This document shows, piece by piece, positions 12,268 through 26,197 of a stretch of 64,000 bases of DNA. A program made the translations under genes and the position numbers. The DNA lies in NCBI GenBank assembly GCA_030141605.1, contig JAQGDQ010001046.1, positions 3,885 to 67,884 of the forward strand. The letters are read 5' to 3'. Each line of letters begins with the position of its first letter. Position 1 is the stretch's first letter. Origin of the DNA: Tubiluchus corallicola. Its lineage: Eukaryota; Animalia; Priapulida. The notes under the pieces were generated by a model. That model did not search any database. It was not told the origin of the DNA and saw only the letters and a program-made list of their open reading frames with translations.

Positions 12268-15200
12268 TAGGGTGGCTGAACGAAAATTGTAGAGCGCGCC
12301 ACCATAGCTGCAAGCGTGCTCATTTGATAGAGCTATGAGCATATAGTTGATTAAAAAAAACCAGATTTAAAATAATTAGGTTGTTTTGAAATGGCGCTCA
12401 GTTAAATTTCAAAAAAACGCTCGAGTTTTGGGAGTAAGAAAAAATGACTAAGTCCGGTTTGAACAAAAAGTTAAAAATTGTACTTTTAGCATTCTATTAT
12501 TTATAACTAAAAATTCCAAATGCAGGTTTTAGTATGTTAGTGTTGTTAAATGGAGTGCATTGTACGAGAAATAATCATATCAAGTCATATGGCAACATAG
12601 TATTCGTTTTTCCAGCATCCAAAATTCATCCAAATGATGTTTTACCTTAACAGGTGTGAAAATGGACCTTTTACGAAAGTGTGCTAACTTGTCAACTTTA
12701 GAGTGTTATAAAAGATGCCAATTCAGCTGGTAATTAATTGTTAATATGACTTTTGGTAGCTCAGTGTACATAGAACAGATATTCATAAACACTTTGCACC
12801 TTCAGATTTATGCTAGGGAAAACTTTTACAGGAAAAACTGGGAAAACAGCATTTTCGTGAGTATTACCAAATTTACGATGTGAAAACTAGGCGTTTTAGA
12901 AAGTGGGATTTAGTTGGTTACACATAGCCATTGAAGTGATTTTTCTGTGTTTAGTGCCAAGTCCATGTTTTCCTCTTGTACAGGTAAAAATCTAGGATTT
13001 TTTTCAAAAATAATACCTTAAATCTGTAATCTTTTATCATAGGGCATGTACTACCTTGATTACACCTGTTTTAATGCATTGATGACCTGCTTCCAGGCAC
13101 ATCTAATTGATATTTTTATCATTTTTGTTACTTCATGGTATAATATAAATGTTAACCGAATCATAATTAATGATGTGCGTTTTAGTACCCAAGACCGGTT
13201 ATCAAGGGCTCCGCAACACCTATTGCTGGAAATTCTTAATTAGTTTCACCTGACACAACTAATTGATAGCTGTTTTATTTTATAATTTTAAATGCCAATT
13301 GTTACCTTTTCTCAGATACTCAGATACGTTTCTTAAGAAATGATAAAGCATGGAAAAGCTGGATACATAATAGGTCTGCAATTTCTCCAGGTGCATGTAA
13401 TTCACACTTGTTTTCATGTATTTTTTTTTCTTTTTTCGGGCATATCTAATTGATGTTTTGTATTTTTGTTATGTACGTATAATGAAATTTTTCTAGTGTG
13501 AAAGCTGCATAACAAGTTTGCAATTTCCAGGTGCATCTAATCGACAATGCATGTATTTTTTGGATGTAGTTATTTGTACTGTTAGCTCAGTGTAGCTTGG
13601 TAGGATTAACTGCCTGCAATGAAATGTCTTCTAACATTATCTGAGATACAAAATTGCCAAATACAGTTATTGCAATATGACTGTGTGCTGTAACTTGCAA
13701 TATATGTAGAGCTTACAATTCCCGTTTCTCAATTTCAAATGTGTACTAGATTTTAACTTGGCTAGAATATGTTCATTGTATATTACGTCCCATACAAATC
13801 GTACACTAGGGTTTTGCAGCAGATCTATTAGCAATTTATTTTTCTTGTATTTGCTCACTACTTTTTTGCTCTGCTATTAGTCAAGTTCATTCTTCAATTT
13901 TTTTGTTTTTTTATTTTACTGCTAGGTAAAGTCAAAAATGACAAAAGTTAAAAAATAACTAAAACTTTACTTGTAATAATGTAAAGTAAATTTATTATAA
14001 ATAATGATGTTAACTACACAAAATATTCATATCTGATTTCTTTTTATAGTACATTATACAATTTTTGTACCACTTTCTTAATATGAAGGTTTTAATGAAT
14101 TAATGATAGACTACGCCTAGTTATCAAACTTGGGTAAAAATGGAAAACGAAAAGTAAAATTATTGCAAGTAAACCTGATATGGGTTTTTTGGATACAAGC
14201 ACAACATCAAACTACAAGAAGTCTATGATGCACCCACTCCTGCTGAGTATATCTTCATGGTTGATTGCTGAGTTTTTAGGACAAATAAGATTGAAGAAAC
14301 GAAGACTTAATTAAAATGAATAGTGGTTCACATATTGGGTTGGTAAAATATATGACTATAAATTTATCATAGTAAAGTATAAAAGTATTTTACTAAAATT
14401 TGAATTTTCTGTACAAGAGATGCTAATGATTTAAGCTTACTTTTAACAACAAGCATTTACAAGCTAATTTACAAAAGTTTACATGTTTGAAACTTTGATT
14501 TTTAAAATAGTATGTTAGATCTCAGAAATGTCAATGGGTTTATTAATTATCTGATCTTGAACTCCAAATTCAAATGTTGATCTTTTAGCGGTTGTATAAC
14601 GCAAAATGAAGATGACACTATAATAACTTTACTGGTCTGCAGGGTTCCACTAGGCTAGGTAAGATTTGCAAAAGCCTAGAAAAACAAGTTTTCAATATTT
14701 AAGTTTCTCATAATTATTCTTTAACATCATAATAAACATCAAAATTAATAGTTTTGTTTATCATAGTTTTGTTGACTGGAAAACCTTTAGCTAAAACTAA
14801 AGTTTAGTCAGAATGGTTAATGAGAATATGAAGGAATTAAATTCTTGGCAAATAAATACCTTAGTACTTTAACCTGCTTTCATTATAATGTGACTAACAT
14901 AACGCAAAAACGGCTAAAATATTGGCTGCGCATAATAATTTTGGGAGTGTGAGGTGATTCTGCTTGGATATACACAGTACATTTTAGAGCATCTAATGAA
15001 TTTATTAGCAATTATCTTTAAGGCATAATTTTGTACTGGTAGGCAATGTGCAAACAATAGAATTCAACATAGTAGCAAAATGTTGATTAAAACAAATAAT
15101 AACATAAAAAACTAAATTGTGTATTTAAAATTGTTTTAGACAAAGCAATTGTTTTAGAAGTTACAGTTAATGCTTTCAGAAGTAATTTCAGCTTGAGTAA

Positions 15201-15798
15201 TAAGCAAAACTTTACCTGCATAGCTAGGCCCACACAAAGTACTCTTAAATTTAAAATAGCATTTGAACCATTGTTACAGCGATAAAGTTAAGATTAGGCT
15301 TGGAAGAATAGTTTGAGATGCGAGCCAATAAGATTTTCATTTTTCGAGGACTGAATAATGGCGTATATTTTCAAAATACGCTATTTTGACGACTAAAATG
15401 TTGGAGTTTAATTGTGGCTCGGGTCTTAAAATAATCAGCGGGGTTTTTTTTACTCAGGTAAGCTTGAAATTTTAGGTTTTTAAGTTGTTAGTCCGGGCCG
15501 CAAATTGATTTGAAAATACCCATCGTAGTTTTTAAATCGGGGCCATTTTTGATGTCACGCTGACGGATCGATTGCAGTAAAGCCGTTTTTGACAACTTCA
15601 CATGTTTCCTGCTCAAAACTTAGAACAGTACAGAAAATTAAATTTCGGCAGATAAAAGACCGATAACAGTAGTTTAACTGTATTAAGTTGATTTTTAATT
15701 TACTGTCATATTGTTTGAAAACTGATAACCAAAATATGCTAGAAAATGATGTTCTACCTTCATCTCCCACAATATGGCGGCGCGCGTCAGCCACCCTA
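12268..15798. mobile_element. 3.5-kb non-autonomous TIR DNA transposon (TAG..CTA termini, Academ-like by inference)
   Basis: TAGGGTGGCTGA...TCAGCCACCCTA flanked by CTAG on both sides; subterminal GCGCGCCACCATA / TATGGCGGCGCGC also inverted; no long ORF inside. Confidence 0.65.
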
Positions 15799-17195
15799 CT
15801 AGTAGCAATGTAACCTAGTAGCTATGAGCTCGTTGTTATATATACTTGCATAGCCCTTATATAAAAGCTAGCTGCACAACTGCTTGTGGTGTGATACCTC
15901 GTGCTTGTGTGATGACCCTGATCCTGTATTTCCTATAGGGGAATCAAAGAGGGGCATGCTGCGTTAGTTTTACATCTCATAACAGAAGGGAGCTACTATG
16001 ATAGTCACTAAATGTATGGATGCAGATCGGCCTAAGGCTGATGTTAAGAATACGGGGGACTATGGCCTATTTGCACTCTATACACTCATGGATCTGAAGA
16101 AAAAGAAAGATCACATGGCAGACATTAAAATAATTAATCAAGCAATTTAATCATTAACAAATTCCAAAGTGATTCGATTTAAGCAAAAGTTCAGTAATAA
16201 CAAAGATATAGCAATATTGACAAAGTTTGGGGTTAGTAGGGTGTATACACATTTGCATGAAGTTCATGGCTGCCCACTATGTACCTAGGTTTTTTTGGAA
16301 CACTTTTCCTTTAAAGCGAACAGTTTGTAGAACGGTAGCAATACGTCGTAATATAACCTCTGCGTTTGAATACAGTTGTGATTTCAAACTTCGTCAGAGA
16401 AACTACCAATTAGTCTTTACCCAGCAAGTAGCATCGAAGAACATTAGGCTAGTATACGTGATGTTTACGTTATCAGTGCGACGTTAGTTACGATCGTAAC
16501 AAAAGCGAAAAGTGCCTGTTACCACCCTGGATGTGGTTCTGTAGTAGGTCGATCCATTTGTCAGTCAGTGGGTAACTCCACTACTGCAGACTGCAGGCCA
16601 GCATCTCTGGAACAACTCTGTTTGACGACTACAGCTTACAACAACTAGGCTCTCACAGTATCACCATGTACAGCATATCTTGTGTGAAACTTTCTAGTAC
16701 GGCATTTCTCTTCAAAAACATATAACTTCACAGAGACGAGTAAACGACCTGTCTCGTTCTGTGTCAAGTTGCCGACCTCCTCGAAACAGTGTTGAACGAA
16801 GTTCATCGAGAAGCCACTCGCTTAAAACAGCTACAATTTTATTCACCTGTGCACTATCGTTAACCTTGACTTAGCCACTGCATTACAGCCGCGATAGGGC
16901 AGACAAGAGTGGGTCAGACGGAATTCAAAAGGGGGTTTGTTAATAGATGCCTACATCCTGACAAATAATACAATTAACTATCACTGCCAGTAGTTAAATA
17001 TCATACATATCAATTAATTAAACATGCAGTGTGAATAGGGCTTAATGTTGCATAAGCATAATGTGGGAACTATTAAATGTAGGTTATTGGTTATTAGTTC
17101 TTTATTTGCTTTTTTATGGGGATAAACAACTATGCAACCTCTAGGCTGACGTTTTCGTGTATGCGTTTCTCTGCACTGGAATAAAAAATAACCTA

Positions 17196-18240
17196 AGTAA
17201 CTGTTTGTAGTGTGTTAGAGTTTGTAGTGCATTTTTTGACCAAGGAAGGATACATAACAGTGCAATGTCTTTGGTATGTGTATGTAATTTTGTAAATACT
17301 GGGTTCGGTTTGTGTTTGTGAATTGATGAAGTAACTGTTTGTAGTGTGTTAGAGTTTGTAGTGTGTTTTTTGACCAAGGAAGGATACATAACAGTGCAAT
17401 GTCTTTGGTATGTGTATGTAATTTTGTAAATACTGGGTTCGGTTTGTGTTTGTGAATTGATGAAGTAACTGTTTGTAGTGTGTTAGAGTTTGTAGTGTGT
17501 TTTTTGACCAAGGAAGGATACATAACAGTGCAATGTCTTTGGCATGTGTATGTAATTTTGTAAATACTGGGTTCGGTTTGTGTTTGTGAATTGATGAAGT
17601 AACTGTTTGTAGTGTGTTAGAGTTTGTAGTGTGTTTTTTGAATAAGGAAGGATACATAACAGTGCAATGTCTTTGGCATGTGTATGTAATTTTGTAAATA
17701 CTGGGTTCGGTTTGTGTTTGTGAATTGATGAAGTAACTGTTTGTAGTGTGTTAGAGTTTGTAGTGTGTTTTTGAATTAGGAAGGATACATAACAGTGCAA
17801 TGTCTTTAGTATGTGTATGTAATTTTGTGAATAGTGGGTTCGGTTTGTGTTTGTGAATTTATGAAGTAACTGTTTGTAGTGTGTTTTTGAATTAGGAAGG
17901 ATACATAACAGTGCAATGTCTTTGAAATGTGTATGTAATTTTGTAAATAGTGGGTTCGGTTTGTGTTTGTGAATTTATGAAGTAACTGTTTGTAGTGTGT
18001 TAGAGTTTGTAGTGTGTTTTTTGAACAAGGAAGGATACATAACAGTGCAATGTCTTTGAAGTGTGTATGTAATTTTGTGAATAGTGGGTTCGGTTTGTGT
18101 TTGTGAATTGATGAACTAACTGTTTGTAGTGTGTTAGAGTTTGTAGTGTGTCTTTTGAACAAGGAAGGATACATAACAGTGCAATGTCTTTAGTATGTGT
18201 ATGTAATTTTGTAAATAGTGGGTTCGGTTTGTATTTGTCA
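17196..18240. repeat. 134-bp tandem satellite, about 8 copies
   Basis: Near-identical ORFs offset by 134 nt (17389, 17523, 17657); motif GGAAGGATACATAACAGTGCAATGTCTTTG recurs. Confidence 0.92.
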
Positions 18241-18971
18241 ATTGTGCGGAGTTATTTGAGTCGATTGCAGACAGTTTTTATATACTTTTGCATAGGAGCG
18301 GCCAGTACTTAGGCATTTTTGAGACAATTAGGTATCATGTATCCTTGATAGTTGGGTATTTTAAATTATGCATGAAACAAGGTAATTGATATTTTAAGTC
18401 CATTTAGAGCTTCTCTATGGTCACAAAATTGCTATTTGTTGCTTCGTCCCCTTGAACCCCCATGAGGTAGCCCGCCACCCCCCGGCCTGTTTCAGAGTTT
18501 GTTGCAATTTGTCATTTTCATCCCTGTGTACAGTAGGCGTGTACAGTGAGATTAAAATTATGTTTTTTGGTGAATCTATGTGCACTGCTGTTTTACCAGT
18601 TGGCTCCAACATTTTAAATTATTAGGAATTTTCTTTTCCAGTTACTTAAAGCACAAGAAAACCCTCCACTTACATAAAGCTTAAAAAATTCCTCTCGAAA
18701 TTTTCTACCACTTACATGCTGCCTTTTCGTATGCGTAGCTTGCATCGGCAGTAACGCTGTTTAAAACGTGTAAATTTAAACTCCTGCGATGATCGTTAGG
18801 TGAGGCCATTTTATTGGTTGGTCATTTGAAACAAGTTTTAATAACATTAAATAATTTAAAGTTTGAAAAAATAATCGGAGCATTTGTGGCATAAACGTTG
18901 CTAACTAAGTAAAATTTTAAATTACTGTATCTTGTCAATAAGATTAAAAATACGTTTTTGGCTAGTGAGTG

Positions 18972-20134
18972 CCTCCTTATGTGACAAATCATTTTCTCAG
19001 CGAGGTGATCTTCGCAAGCACATGAACACTCACACTGGATTGAAACCCCACAGATGTGACTTGTGTGACAAATCATTTTCTCAGCGAGGTAATCTTCTCA
19101 GTCATATGAACACTCATACTGCAATGAAACCTCACAAATGTGACTTGTGTGACAAATCATTTTCTGTGCGAGGTAGTCTTCTCAGGCACATGAACACTCA
19201 TAGTGGAATGAAACCCCACAAATGTGACTTATGTGACAAATCATTTTCTGAGCGATGTAATCTTCTCAGTCACATGAACACTCATACTGGATTGAAACCC
19301 CACAAATGTGACTTGTGTGACAAATCATTTTCTGAGCGATGTAATCTTCTCAGCCACATGAACACTCATACTGGAATGAAACCCTACAAATGTGACTTGT
19401 GTGACAAATCATTTGCTCAGCGAGGTAGTCTTCTCAAGCACATGAACACTCATACTGGAATGAAACCCCACAAATGTGACTTATGTGAGAAATCATTTTC
19501 TGCGCGAGGTAATCTTCTCAAGCACATGAACACTCATACTGGAACGAAACCCCACAAATGTGACTTATGTGACAAATCATTTTCTGAGCGAAGTAATCTT
19601 CTCAAGCACATGAACACTCATACTGGATTGAAACCCCACAAATGTGACTTATGTGAAAAATCATTTTCTCAGCGAGGTGATCTTCGCAAGCACATGAACA
19701 CTCATACTGGAATGAAACCCCACAAATGTGACTTATGTGAGAAATCATTTTCTCAGCGAGGTGATCTTCGCAAGCACATGAACACTCATACTGGATTGAA
19801 ACCCCACAAATGTGACTTATGTGACAAATCATTTTCTCAGCGAGGTAATCTTCTCACGCACATGAACACTCATACTGGAATGAAACCCCACAAATGTGAC
19901 TTATGTGACAAATCATTTTCTGCGCGAGGTAATCTTCTCAAGCACATGAACACTCATACTGGAATGAAACCCCACAAATGTGACTTATGTGACAAATCAT
20001 TTTCTCGCCGTCATCATCTTCTCAGTCACCTGAACACTCATACTGGATTGAAACCCCACAAATGTGACTTATGTGACAAATCATTTTCTCACCGAGGTAG
20101 TCTTCTCATGCACATGAACACTCATACTACGTAG
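18972..20134 (+). CDS. C2H2 zinc-finger array, 14 fingers (first incomplete); terminal exon or 5'-truncated copy
   Basis: Repeats of CDLCDKSFSxRxxLLxHMNTH-TG(M/L)KPHK in 84-bp units, open until TAG 20132-20134. The ORF-track N-terminus (18932-18971) is dispersed-repeat DNA. Confidence 0.8.
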
Positions 20135-20191
20135 AAATGAGTCAACATAAACATTACAACATGTTACAGGTGCCACAGCGTAATAATACCT

Positions 20192-20268
20192 GAATGAAAC
20201 CCGACAAATGTGACTTGTGTGACAAATCATTTTCTCAGCGAGGTGATCTTCTCAGGCACAGGAACACA
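20192..20268 (+). pseudogene. Isolated degenerate zinc-finger unit downstream of the array stop
   Basis: GAATGAAACCCGACAAATGTGACTTGTGTGACAAATCATTTTCTCAGCGAGGTGATC matches the array unit. Confidence 0.7.
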
Positions 20269-21237
20269 GAATTTGATTCACAACTAATGCGCTTTGGGTA
20301 TTGCACCATTCTTTATGCTGCTACATGTGGCACTGTTGGATTTAATTGATAATTTCGACAAATCGCAGATATTTAACTTTCTTCACTGTTAACTTTTTAT
20401 GCTATCAAATCACGTTTGGTATTTTTGATTTATTTTTTGTAAAATCTTTTTTTCTTTTTTGATTGTTTTTTTTTTGTTTTTCTTCATATATGTTCTTGCA
20501 ATCATATTATGCAATCATGTTATTGTGATAAGTCATTTGAGTTATATGTATATGATATATATCTTGTATCTTCTGAACCGCTGAAGTAGTATCTTATATT
20601 TGTTTCATACGATCACGTCTTTTTATCACTGTTCATTTCACCCATCAAAGCAACAACGGCATGATATTCCGTTTAAATGTTTATTGAGAAATGCCACAAA
20701 GTTTAAAAAAACCCAAACTGACTGATGATTTGATAAGCTTTTTTCACTGGTCTAAATTGTAATTTATCCACCTCTTTTTTCTTGACAATTATAGCGTACG
20801 AAATTCATTTATGTATATTATCAAATTTGTACAAACAGTTTCAATAGAAAACATCTCGATAAAATTTGTTTTTTAGTTGCAACTTCTCGTTTGTAATAAT
20901 AATCGCAGTAATAATAGTCAACATTTTTTATTGTCAAAGCATTATGACTATACATCTCACAATTGACAAGAGCTTTATACAAAAATGCAAGACTTGTTTT
21001 GGAATTTTACTGTCGACGTCACAATACCTTGCGTAATTGAGGACTGTTTATATATAAATGCGTATAATTATTTTTGACCCAACATGTGTCTAGCAAACTA
21101 AATTCTGATAATTTTAGACTGCTGTGATATCTAATATTTAGTTTACATAGATAAAAAACCTGCATGAAGCTGTTGGTATCCTTATAAACAATATACTAAA
21201 CAATATGATGTAAAATACCTGCAGAATTAATTTGTCA

Positions 21238-21690
21238 CTATCAAATGCCCCACAAAAAATTTGCGTATAAATACACTCAATCAAAAATACGCAAACATCC
21301 TACCTAGTGTGTGTTTACTTACCTAACGCAAAGCAGCAGTAGCAGCAGCTTTTACTGAATTAAAGTTATAAGCAGAGTATAATGGATGACGTCACAACAA
21401 TGGCTTTGCGTCAACAGTTTTCCAAGCGAAAATTGCAAAAAATAGAACATCTAATTAACTCATCGGTACTCCTCTTGGTAGGCGTGTCCTAAAATGCAGT
21501 CTATATCATCTTGTAGCCCTGTTCTTCCTCTTTCTAAAGAGCCATATATCTCCTTTCGAAAGTCCCACCAGGCGCCGCTAGAGCGTTTTTTTCGCAGGCT
21601 GCTTGGCCAAAATTTCGAAAAAATCGCGAGTTACGGAAAACGCCCGTTACGAGACGCCGTGGCCCTCTCGCAAATTCTAAATATGCCCAC
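21238..21690 (-). mobile_element. Helitron-like non-autonomous repeat, fragment
   Basis: Homologous to 41546-42110, 43756-44160 and (inverted) 49030-49705. Confidence 0.55.
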
Positions 21691-23278
21691 TAAATCTAAT
21701 CTAATCTCAAAATTTAATCTAATGTGATAAAAATAAATATTATACATGTGTCAGTATAATTCATGTATAGTGCATTTCGTTGTTTCTTGTCAGCCGTTAA
21801 TCTTGAGTACAGCAGATCTGCTTCTTGGAATTTTCAGTATGCAAAACACGCTGTTGTCATGTTAAGTTTATTACATATAAGCTATTTTTTGTGCCATTGT
21901 GATTGTAGAATCAATTCGTTATCTAGCAAAATCTTTTAAACTGCTCCACGTGTGAATGACTCAACAGGACGGGTTAAAAACATTGCTGAAATTACATTTA
22001 TCTGAATAAGCATATTCAGAAATTCCAGTTGCTTAGTGGAATCATGGAGTTCGATAAAATTGCTGTATTCCCCGATAATTTGATGGTACATACACAAAAC
22101 ATAAACAGTGTGTCATAAGTAAAAGCACTAGTCCTGCGTCTTGTCGCTGTGGTTACGACAGTCTGATTGTATTCCAATTGCAGTTAAAGCTCATTTTTAT
22201 TTCACTTTGTTAATTGCCATGTAACTAACTGTAAATCTTTGTTTTTTTAAATATTAGACTGGAATAATTTGATAATACTAGTGCAGGTAATAATAATAAT
22301 AACGATAATAATAACAACAACAACAACAACAACAATAATAATAATATAATAATAATAATAATAATAATAATAACGTTAAAGTAGTAGCACTCTAATAATT
22401 TTGTTGGTTTAATGCATGCATTGTGTATTTACTTTATCTAGATTGTAGGATATACGTTGTGGTCGTGCGTTGGAATATAATGACAAATTTGCACATGAGA
22501 TGACGCCACAAGCGGCACGGCAAAATGAATGAGCACTAAAACACAGAATCTGCCAAATAGTACACACTTTCTTTTTATTAATTCATTGCTTGTTTCTGTG
22601 CTGTGGTGCAGAATGATAGATTAAATTAATTATATTCTGGAGACTCGAAAATGAAGATATTGCGGTAAAATGCCTAATCTTTGTTCGTTTTCGTTGACAC
22701 CAACTTTTAAAAACGTATAATGCGAGGTATATTTTAAATTTTTATTTTCTTTACATCAGTGTGTAGGTAAACGACGCATCTTTTTATTGGAGGACTGGTT
22801 TCAGCGATATTTTTGATTTGGGCAATCAGGGAACCCGTTAAAAAAGAACCGCCTAAACTGCAAAATACCTGCGAGGGCCAACCAAACACTTGCACCATCA
22901 AACAATTGCTGTGACTGTGAGGCAATGAGAAGGGTTCCCAGTTCAACTCTAGGTCCCTATAACTTAGTAGAGTATCTATGTCTTTATAAAAAAAGGCCTA
23001 TGACAAAACGTTTTGTGACGCCAGATTCTAGTGATTAAATTTTCATTATTTATCTAATAACACCATTACTTACACAGGATGTTTGACCTTGGTAACCTTT
23101 ATTTTAGTTCTTTGCAACCTTTTTGCCAGTCAGCTTAAAACTATGTCTTGAATACAGTAATCATTATAATCATATTATTGTTTTATGCACTGTATTAAAG
23201 TACAAAAAAGTGCTAATGGAAGGTACTTACTTCTTTACTTACCGTCGCAGTTGAACAAAGTCATGGGATAAGCTAGGG

Positions 23279-24189
23279 CAGGGGTGTGCAAATTGCTGCC
23301 CGCTGGCCAGTTGCGGCCCACCGAGAGAATTTGTGCGGCCCGTGAAGAGATCTGTCAACCTAATGAAAGTGCGGCCCGGGCGATTAATTGAGTGTATTGA
23401 GTGTATCCAGCTGAAGTCCTTGCTACGATCCCAAAGATTGTGCGGTTAGTTTTTTTCTACTAGATCGGATGCCATTAACCCTTACAAGACGGTTGTAGCT
23501 TAATGTCACTGTACTACACAGACTGTCTGATACACATTACTAATACTCATTGTAATGAAATTACCACTAGCTGTCCTGAAAGTAGAGATATATGGTTTGT
23601 AATATAAATTTTAACAATTTCTAAAATAGTTTCTTGAGTGTATACCTCTGAACTAGGGCATGCTGAACCTTTATACTGGAATGAAACCCCACAAATGTGA
23701 CTTATGTGACAAATCATTTGTGAGGTTTCATTCCAGTATGAATGTTCATGTTCTCGTCGTGATCATCTTCTCAGTCACATGAACACCCATAGTGGAATGA
23801 AATGCCACAAATGTGACTTATGTGACAAATCATTTTCTCATCGTGATCATCTTCTTGAGCACATGAACACACATACTGGAATGAAACCCCACAGATGTGA
23901 CTCATGTGACAAATCATTTTCTCAGCAAGGTAATCTTCTCAGTCACATGAACACTCATACTGGAATGAAACCCCACAAATGTGACTTGTGTGACAAATCA
24001 TTTTCTGAGCGTGATCATCTTCTCAGTCACATGAACACCCATACTGGATTGAAACCCCACAAATGTGACTTGTGTGACAAATCATTTTCTGAGCGAGTAC
24101 TTGGCTCCTTGATCAAACTGCCTGTGGCCCGCAGGAATTGCGGGAAAGTTTAATGTGGACCGGCTAGTCAGATAATTTGCACACCCCTG
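23279..24189 (+). mobile_element. hAT-type MITE family A, copy 3, carrying an internal zinc-finger insert
   Basis: Both TIRs intact; TSD AGCTAGGG / AACTAGGG (1 mismatch); about 410 bp longer than copy 1. Confidence 0.85.
23673..24096 (+). pseudogene. C2H2 zinc-finger gene fragment (about 3.5 fingers plus scrambled pieces) inside the MITE
   Basis: Same 84-bp unit as 18972-20134; ORF 23779-24153 runs from fingers into MITE sequence. Confidence 0.8.
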
Positions 24190-24524
24190 AACTAGGGCAT
24201 GCGTTGGTGCTGCTTAAGAAAATAATTTAATGTTTTTACGCTTTTTCACGTTTCAAGTTTTAGTTTTCTTTGGGTTTCGAAAAGTTTTAATAATTTTTAG
24301 GTTAGGGTTGATCATCCTGGGACCGTTAAAGATTTAGCACTCGATACCGAAAGGCCGCATAATGACACATATGATTTCTACGACATTATTATCGATTTTG
24401 GCAGATTGTTTGGTAGTTTTTGTTTAATTTTAAAGTTTCACCTTTATACAAAACTAACTATAGATGTGACTTTTTTAAAAGGCATAAAATGTTGGATTTG
24501 TATCACCTGTATAATAATAATAAT

Positions 24525-25400
<876 letters not shown>

Positions 25401-25419
25401 ATAACAATAATAATAGTAA

Positions 25420-25655
25420 TAATCTTTATTTAAAGTCGGCTTTTGCGTCAACAATTAACATTAGCTCAAAGAGCTATTATCGCCGACTGTAAATAACAAC
25501 CTACAACTACAAAACAGAGACTATTATTACCCCACTTTTACCCTAAATACCACGCGTCAGGCAGGGCAAAGCAGGTACCATTTTTAAAGTCTTTGGTATG
25601 ACCCAGCCGCTGGTTCGAACTCAGGACCTCCCAGATGGAAAGCAGATGCATTATT
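25420..25655 (-). mobile_element. tRNA-derived SINE (same family as 11598)
   Basis: Minus strand: B-box GAGTTCGAACC then GTCATACCAAAGACTTTAAAAATGGTACC..CCTGCC; 3' end runs into AATAAA and the TAC repeat. Confidence 0.6.
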
Positions 25656-25664
25656 TGTACCATT

Positions 25665-25832
25665 ACTAGGGCATGCTGAACCTTCACACTGGAATGAAAC
25701 CGCACAAATGTGACTTATGTGACAAATCATCTGTGAGGTTTCATTCCAGTACGAATGTTCATGTACTCGTCGTGATCATCTTCTCAGTCAGTCACTGGAA
25801 CACTCACACTGGAATGAAACCTCACAAATGTG
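25665..25832 (+). pseudogene. Second copy of the scrambled zinc-finger junction fragment
   Basis: ACTAGGGCATGCTGAACCTT + finger piece + inverted linker, as at 23652-23815. Confidence 0.75.
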
Positions 25833-26197
25833 ATGATGATGATGAAGATGACGATGATGATGTTGATGATGTGGTCCAGCCGTCCTTGTCTAAGGTCAAG
25901 CGAGAGTTCACCAAATGCCCCATATTTGACTATTATGTCAACACAGCATATATACAGTAGTGGAATTGTGTTATTATGGTTATCGAATATGACAGTGGAA
26001 TCTCCAAAATAAAAAAAAACCCTTCAGAGGGGGGAGACGGTATTGAAGGAGAATTTTTGTTATAAATCAAATGGTGAGATCCCACGTTGTAATGTTTGTT
26101 TACATCAAAATTTGTTTACATCAACTTTTAATGAAGAGTTTCCAAATGTACGTAATTATACGTAGATACTTTCATAGTAATTGTTAAAGTTTATAAT

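Noticed and set aside
16520-16920. GC-richer patch that might be a decayed LINE endonuclease (FDDYSLQQL)
   Set aside because: Only a few residues resemble the motif and there is no sustained frame
18932-20134. Calling the ZNF array PRDM9
   Set aside because: No PR/SET, KRAB or SSXRD exon could be found in the window
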